The notes below the pieces were generated by a model that saw nothing but the letters and a program-made list of their open reading frames with translations, was not told the DNA's origin and ran no database searches. The translations under genes were made by a program, and so were the position numbers. Source: an uncultured bacterium (GTDB taxonomy: Bacteria; Patescibacteriota; Minisyncoccia; Phycocordibacterales; PALSA-1337). From it: a stretch of 64,000 nt of DNA. Shown piece after piece: positions 1-8,824 of this stretch. The first letter of the stretch is position 1. Every line of letters starts with the position of its first letter. The stretch is from assembly GCA_903839725.1 (NCBI GenBank), contig CAIMDG010000001.1, positions 235,315-299,314 of the forward strand, given 5' to 3'.

Positions 1-93
1 CTTCTACAATGGAACTCCGGCCCCTCACCGAGAAATAAGCTGGGATAACATCGTCCTCACTCGCGCGCACCCTTGAAAGGTTCGCGCGATTTT

Positions 94-711
94 TTATTTG
101 TACCTCTTTTTGATCTCTTCAAAAATCTCCGGAAATTCTAATTCATTGAAATGGTTTTGGTCTTTAAAGGTATGCGCCACAGCACTTGGAAAGAGTTCTT
201 TGTATGTTTCGAAATCACTAAATGGAACGACGACATCATCGGTACTGTGGAATAATACAATATCTTTAACTTGATTCGTGACACCACTTATATCATTTCC
301 AAAAATAAAGTTGGTATTGTACGTATGTTTCTTATTCTTACCATCATACGGCACAGCGACGAGAATAAGAGCTTTGATCTTCTTGGGAACAACATTCTCA
401 GAGAGATATTTGATCAAGAATAAACCACCCAATGAATGACCAACGAACGTAGCATCATCTTTCAAAAAAGGAATCATCCGTTCAAACCACGCTTTCCATT
501 CTTCATAACGAGCGTTCTCTTTGTTCGGCATGCGTGGTGCAAATACTTCGAAGTGTGGTCCGAGCTTTTCTTGGAGTGTATCAGTCCATTTGTGAGATGG
601 TTTGAAATTGGAAACTATAACCGCCTTTGTTTTGAGACGATTCAAAAAGTCCTCGCGAGTATCGAGTGCATGACCGCCGTGAATGAGGATGATTTGGTGA
701 GGCATAGCCAT
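94..711 (-). CDS. alpha/beta serine hydrolase, YdeN/RBBP9-like
   Basis: VGHSLGG nucleophile-elbow motif and an IILIHGG start. It is a paralog of the 53827..54393 product. The ORF-track 5' extension to 951 runs through a 46-bp palindrome and is judged non-coding, so the start was placed at MAMPHQ. Confidence 0.6.
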   Translation of the reverse strand: MAMPHQIILIHGGHALDTREDFLNRLKTKAVIVSNFKPSHKWTDTLQEKLGPHFEVFAPRMPNKENARYEEWKAWFERMIPFLKDDATFVGHSLGGLFLIKYLSENVVPKKIKALILVAVPYDGKNKKHTYNTNFIFGNDISGVTNQVKDIVLFHSTDDVVVPFSDFETYKELFPSAVAHTFKDQNHFNELEFPEIFEEIKKRYK

Positions 712-906
712 ATTATGACATTTTCTAGATGTATTTGCTTGAATTAAAAACTTTTTATCTCGCCTATTTGATAATTTTGTGATATAATTTAGTAACAACT
801 TTATGTTTTCTAATAAATCATTCGGATCAAGACCCTCCACATTTTTAACATTAGTTAGATTTATTCTTGCAGTACAAATTATGGCCCTATCATTGACTTT
901 CGTGTT

Positions 907-952
907 CATGAGGAATACAATAGTCCCAATTGGGACTATTGTATTCCTCATG
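907..952. repeat. 46-bp perfect palindrome catgaggaatacaatagtcccaattgggactattgtattcctcatg
   Basis: Read directly from the sequence. It is intergenic, upstream of the hydrolase gene. Confidence 0.9.
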
Positions 953-1005
953 AAGTGTGGATAACTTGCTAAATTAACTTTCTTAGTCTATACTATTTAT
1001 GTACC

Positions 1006-1045
1006 GAAAAAGGGCGTCGACCGATAGGACGATCGCCCTTTTTCA
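1006..1045. terminator. bidirectional rho-independent terminator hairpin (aaagggcg..cgcccttttt)
   Basis: 8-bp GC stem flanked by an A-run and a T-run. It lies downstream of the minus-strand gene ending at 1055. Confidence 0.6.
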
Positions 1046-1054
1046 TATGTCCTA

Positions 1055-1804
1055 TTAAGAACCCTTCTCTACGAAAATATTAAAATTCCGATTTCGAAAT
1101 CCATCACTAAGCTTATTTACTCCTAAGTTTTTCTTTAAAAAATCCACAAGTTCAATTTTATAGGTAGACCCAGAAACAATTTTTTGAGATAGCTTTAAAT
1201 CATAAGTAATAGCACCTATCAATAAATCGACAACTTGAAGTAAATCATTTGACCTAGAATCAAATCGACAGACTCCGACAAGAGCCAGTCGTTTTTTGGA
1301 AAGATTAAAATTTTTTCTAGTATTTACCTCAAACTTGATTTCTTTAGGAACCGTTACGTGATCAGCAATCAGCACAAGAATCTCTTTTTCCGCCAACGCA
1401 ACTCCTAGTAATTTGAGAGTTATTTTTTCATATGCATTCCATTGATCAGAGTTAAAATGAAGCTTAAAATAATCACTATCTTTTTTAGTAGTGTAAGAGT
1501 AAAAATTAATGCTCTTAGTATCAAATAAGGCACCAATAGCAAACTTAGCAAATTCAATATTATGTTTTGTCAGCTGATTAAATTTCATTTCGTCATGAAA
1601 ATTACGCTTATTACGCTCATACATAATTCTACTTTGTAAATAATATGGCTGACTCATTTTTAAGATACCGACTGTGAAAAAGGGATCTTTTGGATCACTT
1701 AAATTGCCAGTCTCATCAAGAAAACAAAATTTTGTCCAAATATTATCGTAATCTGAGAGTTTAAGATCTTCTGTCCTCACTACTTTGTTATTCTTGAAAA
1801 ACAT
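1055..1804 (-). CDS. DUF3800-like protein with a conserved DE motif near the N-terminus
   Basis: N-terminal CFLDETGN motif and C-terminal LQVVDLLIGAI, in the 249-aa size class of DUF3800. The assignment is from memory and was not searched. Confidence 0.4.
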   Translation of the reverse strand: MFFKNNKVVRTEDLKLSDYDNIWTKFCFLDETGNLSDPKDPFFTVGILKMSQPYYLQSRIMYERNKRNFHDEMKFNQLTKHNIEFAKFAIGALFDTKSINFYSYTTKKDSDYFKLHFNSDQWNAYEKITLKLLGVALAEKEILVLIADHVTVPKEIKFEVNTRKNFNLSKKRLALVGVCRFDSRSNDLLQVVDLLIGAITYDLKLSQKIVSGSTYKIELVDFLKKNLGVNKLSDGFRNRNFNIFVEKGS

Positions 1805-1817
1805 AATGTATACTTGA

Positions 1818-3899
1818 TTATACTACTTTTTTCTTTCTTTTACCTTTCTTCCCCGTCACATCAACCCCATATTTCTCCTCCAACTTAAACAACTCATCTC
1901 GTATCAGCGCCGCAGTCTCAAAATCTAAAGCCTGCACAGCCTGCGCCATAGCTTCTTCCTTCTGCTTCATCAGTAACTTTGGGTTGGACTTCGCGAGATC
2001 TTCATCAAGCTTCACGAGTTCATACACAGCTTTATCGTGCTCACTGCGCAACTGATCAGTGATGTCATGAATTGCCTTTTTGATAGTTTGTGGAGTAATA
2101 CCGTGCTTGGTATTGTACGCAACCTGGATTGCACGACGACGATCGGTCTCGCGAATGGCATTACTCATAGAGCCGGTCATATTGTCAGCATAGAGGATAA
2201 CGCGACCAGCTGAGTTACGAGCCGCACGACCAATGGTCTGAATGAGTGATGTCTCTGAACGTAAAAATCCTTCTTTATCAGCATCGAGAATACCGATGAG
2301 TGATACTTCTGGCAGATCGAGACCTTCACGGAGGAGGTTAACACCAACAAGAATATCATACTTCCCTTTGCGGAAATCAGTAAGAATAGTAATGCGTTCA
2401 ATGGTTTTAATATCACTGTGGAGATATGCAGCCTTTATTTTCTTTCCTGCCTGCGCAGGCAGGTCCTTTATAAAATCTGTCAGGTCTTCCGCCATCTTCT
2501 TGGTCAATGTTGTAGCAATCACACGATCACCGATCTTGATTGTCTTCTCAGCTTCTTCGATGAAATCGAAAATCTGACCCTTATAGCCCTTACTCTCACG
2601 AATCGGACGAATATCAACCACTGGATCAATCAACCCTGTTGGACGAATGACCTGTTCAACAACCTGCTCACTATTGGCAGCTTCATATTTTCCTGGGGTT
2701 GCCGAGGTATATATCATCGGACCGATGCGCGCCAAGAATTCATCGAACTTCAACGGACGATTGTCTTTGGCTGAAGGCAAACGAAAACCGTGTTCAACCA
2801 GAGTCTCTTTACGTGAAGCATCACCGGCAAACATGCCGTTTAACTGAGGAATAGTTACGTGTGATTCATCGACAACGGTCAGGAAGTCAGGCTTACCATT
2901 CTTGTCCTTAGGAAAATATGCGAGAAGTGAATCGGGTGCTTCACCAGGCATTTTGCCAGAGAAATGGCGTGAATAGTTTTCAATACCATTGGTGTAGCCA
3001 ATTTCTTTAATCATCGAGAGATCGTACTTCACACGACGCTTCAGACGTTCAGCTTCGAGATTCTTGCCAGCTTTTTCGAGAACTTTGAGACGATCAGCGA
3101 GTTCAGCTTGAATAGTCTTCACGGCCTTTTCACTTTGCTCATCACTTGAAATGAAGTGCTTTGCAGGAAATATAAAAATATCTTTGTGATCATTGCGCAC
3201 AGACCTTGAAACGGGATCAAGTTCAACGATGTGACTAATCATGCCGCCTTCATATTCGATACGATACACAGTTTTTTCATTCACCGGCATAACTTCGAGC
3301 ATATTACCGAGTGCACGGAAATTACCAGACTTCAGATCAGCATTAGTACGTTCAAAATGAATATCGATAAGTTTACGAATGAGTTCAGCACGCGACAATT
3401 CCATGCCAACTGAAAGTTTAAGATTCACCTTCTGATATTCTTCAGGACTTCCTAAACCATATATACAAGAAACAGATGCAACAATGATCACATCTTTACG
3501 AGTGAGCAATGCTTGTGTCGAAGCGTGACGAAGACGCTCGATCTCTTCATTGATCATCGCTTCCTTCTCAATATAGGTATCAGTCGCTGGCATATACGCT
3601 TCTGGCTGATAGTAGTCGTAATACGAAACGAAATAGTGCACAGCATTATTCGGAAAAAATTCACGATACTCTTGAGCAAGCTGAGCGGCGAGTGTTTTGT
3701 TATGAGCAATAACCAAGGTTGGCTTATTGTAGTTTTTGATCACATTGGCCATAGTAAAGGTCTTTCCTGAGCCAGTGACTCCAAGTAGAGTTTGACGTTT
3801 GAAACCCTTTTTAAGGCCTTCATTCAGGCCTGAAATAGCCTTTGGTTGATCACCGGCTGGAGGAAATGGTGTGGCAAGCTTGAACATAGATTCAGACAT
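1818..3899 (-). CDS. uvrB: excinuclease ABC subunit B UvrB
   Basis: GVTGSGKTFT Walker A, helicase motifs and a C-terminal UvrB/UvrC-interaction coiled coil. Full-length at 693 aa. Confidence 0.95.
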   Translation of the reverse strand: MSESMFKLATPFPPAGDQPKAISGLNEGLKKGFKRQTLLGVTGSGKTFTMANVIKNYNKPTLVIAHNKTLAAQLAQEYREFFPNNAVHYFVSYYDYYQPEAYMPATDTYIEKEAMINEEIERLRHASTQALLTRKDVIIVASVSCIYGLGSPEEYQKVNLKLSVGMELSRAELIRKLIDIHFERTNADLKSGNFRALGNMLEVMPVNEKTVYRIEYEGGMISHIVELDPVSRSVRNDHKDIFIFPAKHFISSDEQSEKAVKTIQAELADRLKVLEKAGKNLEAERLKRRVKYDLSMIKEIGYTNGIENYSRHFSGKMPGEAPDSLLAYFPKDKNGKPDFLTVVDESHVTIPQLNGMFAGDASRKETLVEHGFRLPSAKDNRPLKFDEFLARIGPMIYTSATPGKYEAANSEQVVEQVIRPTGLIDPVVDIRPIRESKGYKGQIFDFIEEAEKTIKIGDRVIATTLTKKMAEDLTDFIKDLPAQAGKKIKAAYLHSDIKTIERITILTDFRKGKYDILVGVNLLREGLDLPEVSLIGILDADKEGFLRSETSLIQTIGRAARNSAGRVILYADNMTGSMSNAIRETDRRRAIQVAYNTKHGITPQTIKKAIHDITDQLRSEHDKAVYELVKLDEDLAKSNPKLLMKQKEEAMAQAVQALDFETAALIRDELFKLEEKYGVDVTGKKGKRKKKVV
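2446..2463. repeat. 18-bp perfect GC-rich palindrome CCTGCCTGCGCAGGCAGG inserted in frame in uvrB (encodes LPAQAG)
   Basis: Identical copy at 8389..8406 in rpiB. The AT-rich context makes it stand out. Confidence 0.9.
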
Positions 3900-4675
3900 G
3901 TGAATACTATAGCGTGTTTTCGGAACTTATGGAATTTGAAAATAAAAACCGCGGAATCTATATTGCAGATTCCGCGGTGCATTGCTCAAACCAACTATGC
4001 TCATAGTTCGCACACGTGCGACAAATTAATCGCTCGGACCACCAAACCCTTCACCCGAATGCTCGGTGGTGTTGATACCCGCTTCCGCAGAAACAAATAA
4101 GGGAACCTTGGCTTCAAGAGCCACAGGAGGAGGAAAGAAAATTGCCCTGATTTCCGCCCTCGTCAAGCTATTCTTGACCCAAGCATTGTGGATACGACGA
4201 TAGTCTGTCCCGTAATACCACCCGACGATGCCACGCTTCTGACGAGCCATGACATTGCTACCAGTGGTTGAACCGATCCTTGTCCGACATGGCCGCACGC
4301 CTTCTGGCAATACAGCCGGTGATGTATCTAGTTGCATAATGGTATGTATTTGTCCAAAGAACCAACTTCACTTTGTATTTCTTTCCGCACTCACGGTAGA
4401 AAAAGCGAACGGACCCCTTTGTTTGGGGCCCGTATCTGTAATCAAGAGATGATATTAATTACACAGACTGGACCCAAACAAGCATATCCTTTGCAAAGGA
4501 ATGCTTATAAGTTGAGACCACGTGTGTAATCCATATATTCATGTAAAAAGTATACATCAGCGTATATTGAATGCAAGTGGATTACAAAATATTCATTTTA
4601 GCAATAATGGACTTCAAATATTGACTAAATATAATGATTATAGTATGGTTCAGTAAATCAAAAGAAAGACATTGA

Positions 4676-4861
4676 ATGAAAAAATCTTGTCCAATAATTG
4701 AGGTTGGTAAAATTAATGCATCGGTAGCTCAAAGACGTGGCGGTCATGTGAATATAATAACAAGGCCATTAAAAGAAGCTCTGAAAGGAGCGGCTCGCCT
4801 GGCAAAACATCAATATGGTGAAACTTCACAAACTTTCAAATCAATCGCCTGTCGAATGTAA
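4676..4861 (+). CDS. small hypothetical protein (61 aa)
   Basis: ORF followed by a plus-oriented intrinsic terminator at 4888..4915. No recognisable domain. Confidence 0.25.
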   Translation: MKKSCPIIEVGKINASVAQRRGGHVNIITRPLKEALKGAARLAKHQYGETSQTFKSIACRM

Positions 4862-4887
4862 ATACACCTTATTCTCTATCATTACAC

Positions 4888-4915
4888 GCCGAGTCTAACT
4901 CGGCCTTTTATTTGA
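4888..4915 (+). terminator. rho-independent terminator (gccgagt-cta-actcggc + TTTTATTT)
   Basis: Stem-loop followed by a T-run on the plus strand only. Confidence 0.5.
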
Positions 4916-4921
4916 AAATAA

Positions 4922-5917
4922 TTATTTCCTCAGCATAACCTTACATGCAGCAGCATATATATCTTTTTCACCCATACCATAGTGTTCAATGAGTTCATCT
5001 GGTGTGCCTGACTGACCAAATTGGTCTATGACGCCAATGAATTCGATCGGTACTGGTTTGTGTGATGCGAGACATTCCGCAACAGCAGAACCCATACCTC
5101 CAGCGATCTGATGTTCTTCGACGGTAACAATTGCGCCGGTCTGATTTGCAAGCTGAACAATAGCATCAACATCAAGTGGTTTGATTGTTGCCAAATTTAA
5201 AACAATAACAGCCTTACCTTCTGCTTCCAATTTCTGCGCAACCTTAAGTGCTCGATGAAGTAATGCGCCCGTAGCAATAATCCCCACATTGAAACTTGAT
5301 CCTTGAGACTTGAACATTACTTCCGCTTTTCCTATCTCAAATGGTGTATCTTCAGTCGTGATGATCGGTGTCTTCTCGCGAGCAAGACGAATATACGTTG
5401 GCTCTTGTGTTTGTGCTGCAGCAATGGTTGCCTTACGTGCTTCGATAGCATCACAAGGTGAAATCACTACCATACGAGGAATAACACGCATGAGGGCAAT
5501 ATCTTCAATGGCTTGATGTGTTCCACCATCAGGACCAACAGAAACACCCGCATGTGAACCTGCAATTTTTACTGGTACATTATTGTAGGCAATCGTTGTA
5601 CGGATTTGTTCCCAATTCCTGCCCGGACTGAACATTGCATACGATGTCATGAATGGAATCTTGCCCATAGCAGCCATACCTGAAGCAACTCCTGCGAGAT
5701 TTTGTTCTGCAATACCCATCTCGATGAATCGATCTGAAAACTTCTGCTTGAATCCAGTCATCATCGTCGAATCAACAAGGTCCGCACATAATCCTACAAC
5801 ATTTCTATTCATCTCAGCAGCCTTCAATAACCCTTCACCAAAACCTTTGCGAATAGGAACTTGTTCGACATCTGTGTCGAAGATTTTTGAATTGAGTTGT
5901 TGAGATGGATTGATCAT
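4922..5917 (-). CDS. tkt: transketolase, C-terminal (pyrimidine-binding) subunit
   Basis: Transketolase Pyr and C-terminal domains (GSHAGVSVGPDGGTHQ...). Split-gene arrangement with the N-terminal subunit upstream. Confidence 0.9.
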   Translation of the reverse strand: MINPSQQLNSKIFDTDVEQVPIRKGFGEGLLKAAEMNRNVVGLCADLVDSTMMTGFKQKFSDRFIEMGIAEQNLAGVASGMAAMGKIPFMTSYAMFSPGRNWEQIRTTIAYNNVPVKIAGSHAGVSVGPDGGTHQAIEDIALMRVIPRMVVISPCDAIEARKATIAAAQTQEPTYIRLAREKTPIITTEDTPFEIGKAEVMFKSQGSSFNVGIIATGALLHRALKVAQKLEAEGKAVIVLNLATIKPLDVDAIVQLANQTGAIVTVEEHQIAGGMGSAVAECLASHKPVPIEFIGVIDQFGQSGTPDELIEHYGMGEKDIYAAACKVMLRK

Positions 5918-5923
5918 GTAAAA

Positions 5924-6184
5924 TTAGAGTGTATTCAAGAAACCGAGACTTATCAAAGAAAATATAACGAGAAGAGCACCTTCGATTTTTCGTATTCTAA
6001 AATCACTTTTTGCATTGGCACCTTTGTAACTTGGCTTTTTATTCAAGGTGAGAACGACTCCAAGGGCAAAACTTACGACCAAGAATGTCCACAAACCAAC
6101 ATTGATTACATTACTTGTAGAAATAAGAACGACTGCAAGAATAAGGAAACAAAACTTGAGAGTGATTTCAATTGGTCTCATCAT
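5924..6184 (-). CDS. small membrane protein (2-3 TM) between the two transketolase subunit genes
   Basis: Hydrophobic ORF of 86 aa, tightly packed between 4922..5917 and 6210..7082. Confidence 0.4.
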   Translation of the reverse strand: MMRPIEITLKFCFLILAVVLISTSNVINVGLWTFLVVSFALGVVLTLNKKPSYKGANAKSDFRIRKIEGALLVIFSLISLGFLNTL

Positions 6185-6209
6185 ATATGTAATAAATTTA
6201 TATTAATAA

Positions 6210-7082
6210 TTAACTATGGTCCGAATTACTAACTCTTCCACCAAGCGTCCTCACCGCATCCAATGCCGTCTTGATTTCTTCGGGCGTTGTCGGAGGCTTC
6301 CCGTGCCATTCAAACTTACGTTCAAATGCTGGAATACCCTTTGATGGAATAGTATAGGCAATGATCACTGAAGGCTTATCAAATACTGCTTGAGCCTCTC
6401 CAATTGCACGATCAATGTCGCGGAAATCATGACCATTAATCTCTTGTACATGCCAATTGAATGATCTCCACTTGTCAACGAGTGGATTGAGTGGCATCAC
6501 ATCTTCGGTAAAACCATCTATCTGAATATTGTTACGATCGACAATAACTGTAAGATTTTGTATCTTCTCTTTTCCTGCAAGCATGATAGCTTCCCAGTTA
6601 TTTCCTTCATCAAGTTCACCGTCCCCCACCAAACAATAGAATTGTTTTGTGGAAGAACGTCCATTGTCGAGACGGTCTGCGAGTGTCATGCCAACTGTCT
6701 GTGAAATGCCACAACCGAGAGGGCCTGAAGAAGTTTCGAGCATTGGTAACCATTCACGATGCGGATGACCCTGAAGACGTGAGCCGAACTTACGTAGGGT
6801 CATCAATTCTTCAACCGGAAAATATCCAGCATGTGCCATTGTTGCATATAGAACTGGACAAATATGTCCATTGGAAAGTATAAGACGATCACGATATTCC
6901 CATGAAGGATTCTTCGGGTCGTGTTTGAGTGCATGAAAATACAAATACGCAAAGATATCAGCCATATCGAGTGGACCAGCGGTGTGGCCGGACTTTGCTT
7001 CAATCAACATTTCAACAATAGAACGACGAATGTCGCGGGCTTTTGATTCAAGTTGCGTAACTTTTTCAGAGGTAAGTGCCAT
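6210..7082 (-). CDS. tkt: transketolase, N-terminal (TPP-binding) subunit
   Basis: GHTAGPLDMADIF and CLVGDGELDEG TPP-binding motifs. Start set at MALTSEK; the longer ORF-track extension covers a palindromic repeat. Confidence 0.9.
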   Translation of the reverse strand: MALTSEKVTQLESKARDIRRSIVEMLIEAKSGHTAGPLDMADIFAYLYFHALKHDPKNPSWEYRDRLILSNGHICPVLYATMAHAGYFPVEELMTLRKFGSRLQGHPHREWLPMLETSSGPLGCGISQTVGMTLADRLDNGRSSTKQFYCLVGDGELDEGNNWEAIMLAGKEKIQNLTVIVDRNNIQIDGFTEDVMPLNPLVDKWRSFNWHVQEINGHDFRDIDRAIGEAQAVFDKPSVIIAYTIPSKGIPAFERKFEWHGKPPTTPEEIKTALDAVRTLGGRVSNSDHS

Positions 7083-7111
7083 GTCGGGTATATTATACCA
7101 TGGAAGCGATA

Positions 7112-7209
7112 CAAATCCGCAAATGCATGCGAATGACGCAAATAAGCGCACCAAAATCTAAAATAGAGTGTGATTCATTCGCATTATTCGCATGCATTTG
7201 CGGATTTGC
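7112..7209. promoter_or_regulatory. long inverted repeat (caaatccgcaaatgcatgcgaat ... attcgcatgcatttgcggatttg) upstream of tkt; member of the AATGCGAAT palindrome family
   Basis: 23-bp perfect arms with a ~50-bp spacer, read from the sequence. Related sites at 7913..8001 and 41737..41797. Confidence 0.6.
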
Positions 7210-7216
7210 ATCGCAA

Positions 7217-7900
7217 TCATTCCTGTAAATATGGCAATTTCTTAAATTGATCGATAGCTTCAACAAAATTGTCACTATTGAATATAGCTGAACCGACAAT
7301 CAAACGATCAACACCTGCTTTGATCAGGAGTGGACCGGTTTCAAGAGAAACTCCCCCATCAACAGAAACAGTGAGAGATGGATACATAGCTTTTACCGCT
7401 TTAACTTTTTCTATAACACGCTCATCAAAATCCTGACCTTGAAAACCGACATGTGTAATTCCCATACATTGCACGAATTGAATCTTCTCTTTGTAGTGTT
7501 CAATAACATCTATTGGCGTATCGATATTCAAAGCCAAACCAACTTCAACACGTCCAGTGAGCATATCAACTGCTTCGGTGACACTACCTGTTGCCTCGAC
7601 GTGAATGATGATACGAGTTGCGCCAGCACGCACCCAGTCTTCAACAACTGTTTCTGGCTTATTTGCCATGAGATCAATTTCAAAATTTAATTTCTCCCAA
7701 CCAGGCAAACCTTCTTCTTCAGTCAGCATCTTTTCGAAGGTGTCATCACGCTTCTTATACGGCCATGATGGCGCAGGAGTAAATTGTCCGTCACATACAT
7801 CGATCTGAACAGTCTTCACAAAATCTCTAACCAAACCGATTTTTTCTTCGAGTTCAGCGAAGTCTTTAGGGAGTATTGCGGGGATGATTTCTACTTTCAT
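7217..7900 (-). CDS. rpe: ribulose-phosphate 3-epimerase
   Basis: Typical Rpe TIM-barrel sequence (VDGGV near the C-terminus), 227 aa. Confidence 0.9.
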   Translation of the reverse strand: MKVEIIPAILPKDFAELEEKIGLVRDFVKTVQIDVCDGQFTPAPSWPYKKRDDTFEKMLTEEEGLPGWEKLNFEIDLMANKPETVVEDWVRAGATRIIIHVEATGSVTEAVDMLTGRVEVGLALNIDTPIDVIEHYKEKIQFVQCMGITHVGFQGQDFDERVIEKVKAVKAMYPSLTVSVDGGVSLETGPLLIKAGVDRLIVGSAIFNSDNFVEAIDQFKKLPYLQE

Positions 7901-7912
7901 GTGTGTATTTAA

Positions 7913-8001
7913 TACGAATCTACGAATAATGCGAATCTACAAATTATTAATATGCGAATTGTTTGCGTTATTTGTGGCATTCGCATCATTTGTAGATTCG
8001 T
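7913..8001. promoter_or_regulatory. palindromic motif pair acgaatctacgaataatgcgaatctacaaat / atttgtggcattcgcatcatttgtagattcgt upstream of rpe
   Basis: Near-identical to the pair at 41737..41797 upstream of prfA. Confidence 0.6.
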
Positions 8002-8006
8002 TGAGA

Positions 8007-8495
8007 CTACTCAATATTATCTATCTGCTCAATTCTTCTCTGGTGTCTCTCATCTCCACTAAATGGAGTTTCTAGCCATGATTCAACTGCATCACATGCT
8101 GCATCTTGCTCAACATATAATGCTCCAATTGAAAGAATATTTGCATCATTGTCATTTCGAGTATGTCTCAAGACCTCTTGATTACCCCCGTACCATACTG
8201 CTGTGCGTACTCCAGGAAAACGATTTGCGACAATAGCTTCACCTTCTCCTGAAGCGCCAAAGATAATAGCCTTGGTCTCACCCTTCAAATCCTGTGCAAC
8301 CTTCATCGCGGCTGCTGACATAAAAATAGGATAATCATCACCAGGAACGAGTTCATGAGCACCTACATCAAGTACTGTATACTTTTTGCCTGCCTGCGCA
8401 GGCAGGGCTTGCAAGAATGATTTAACAGCTTCTTTGAGAGCAAAGCCAGCATGGTCAGAAGCGAGGATGATAGTTGGGGTTTTTGAAGAATTCAT
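8007..8495 (-). CDS. rpiB: ribose-5-phosphate isomerase B (RpiB/LacAB family)
   Basis: ILASDHAGF ... GALYVE ... RHQRRI motifs. Carries the in-frame 18-bp palindrome insertion LPAQAGKK. Confidence 0.9.
   Translation of the reverse strand: MNSSKTPTIILASDHAGFALKEAVKSFLQALPAQAGKKYTVLDVGAHELVPGDDYPIFMSAAAMKVAQDLKGETKAIIFGASGEGEAIVANRFPGVRTAVWYGGNQEVLRHTRNDNDANILSIGALYVEQDAACDAVESWLETPFSGDERHQRRIEQIDNIE
8389..8406. repeat. second copy of the 18-bp palindrome CCTGCCTGCGCAGGCAGG, in frame in rpiB
   Basis: Identical to 2446..2463. Confidence 0.9.
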
Positions 8496-8533
8496 ATGTA
8501 GAAGTAATATAGCACCTATTTAAATAATATGGG

Positions 8534-8812
8534 TTATTTTAGAAAATGAAGATACATTATAATAATCACAGGAACAATAAAACCAATTAAAGAAGATACT
8601 GCAAATTTATTACTTACAGGTGTTTTTATTGAGACACCAAGACTTATAGCACTAATAACTGTACCCAAAAATGAAAGGGTCAGTGCTATCAAATTTGAAT
8701 TAGAAGCAGCTCCGCCGAGACCTGAAGATAATAGAATGATAACAAAAGTCACTCCAATATATATAAAAGCGAACATATTTACTAAGACACCTAAAACTTT
8801 TAATGGATTCAT
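8534..8812 (-). CDS. small membrane protein
   Basis: Three hydrophobic segments. No recognisable domain. Confidence 0.4.
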   Translation of the reverse strand: MNPLKVLGVLVNMFAFIYIGVTFVIILLSSGLGGAASNSNLIALTLSFLGTVISAISLGVSIKTPVSNKFAVSSLIGFIVPVIIIMYLHFLK

Positions 8813-8824
8813 AAATTTGAATGA

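Noticed and set aside
94-951. Long N-terminal extension of the hydrolase ORF (MRNTIVPIGT...)
   Set aside because: The extension is read through the 46-bp perfect palindrome at 907..952. The conserved hydrolase fold starts at MAMPHQIILIHGG, so the extension is non-coding.
2177-2847. ORFs 2177..2416(-), 2242..2577(+), 2418..2774(+), 2647..2847(+) inside uvrB
   Set aside because: They lie within the well-supported uvrB coding sequence on other frames or strands and have low-complexity composition, so they are spurious.
4026-4337. 103-aa minus-strand ORF in the GC-rich uvrB-tkt spacer
   Set aside because: The composition is not protein-like. The region is palindromic and GC-rich, so open frames on both strands are expected by chance. 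It is treated as possible ncRNA or element DNA instead.
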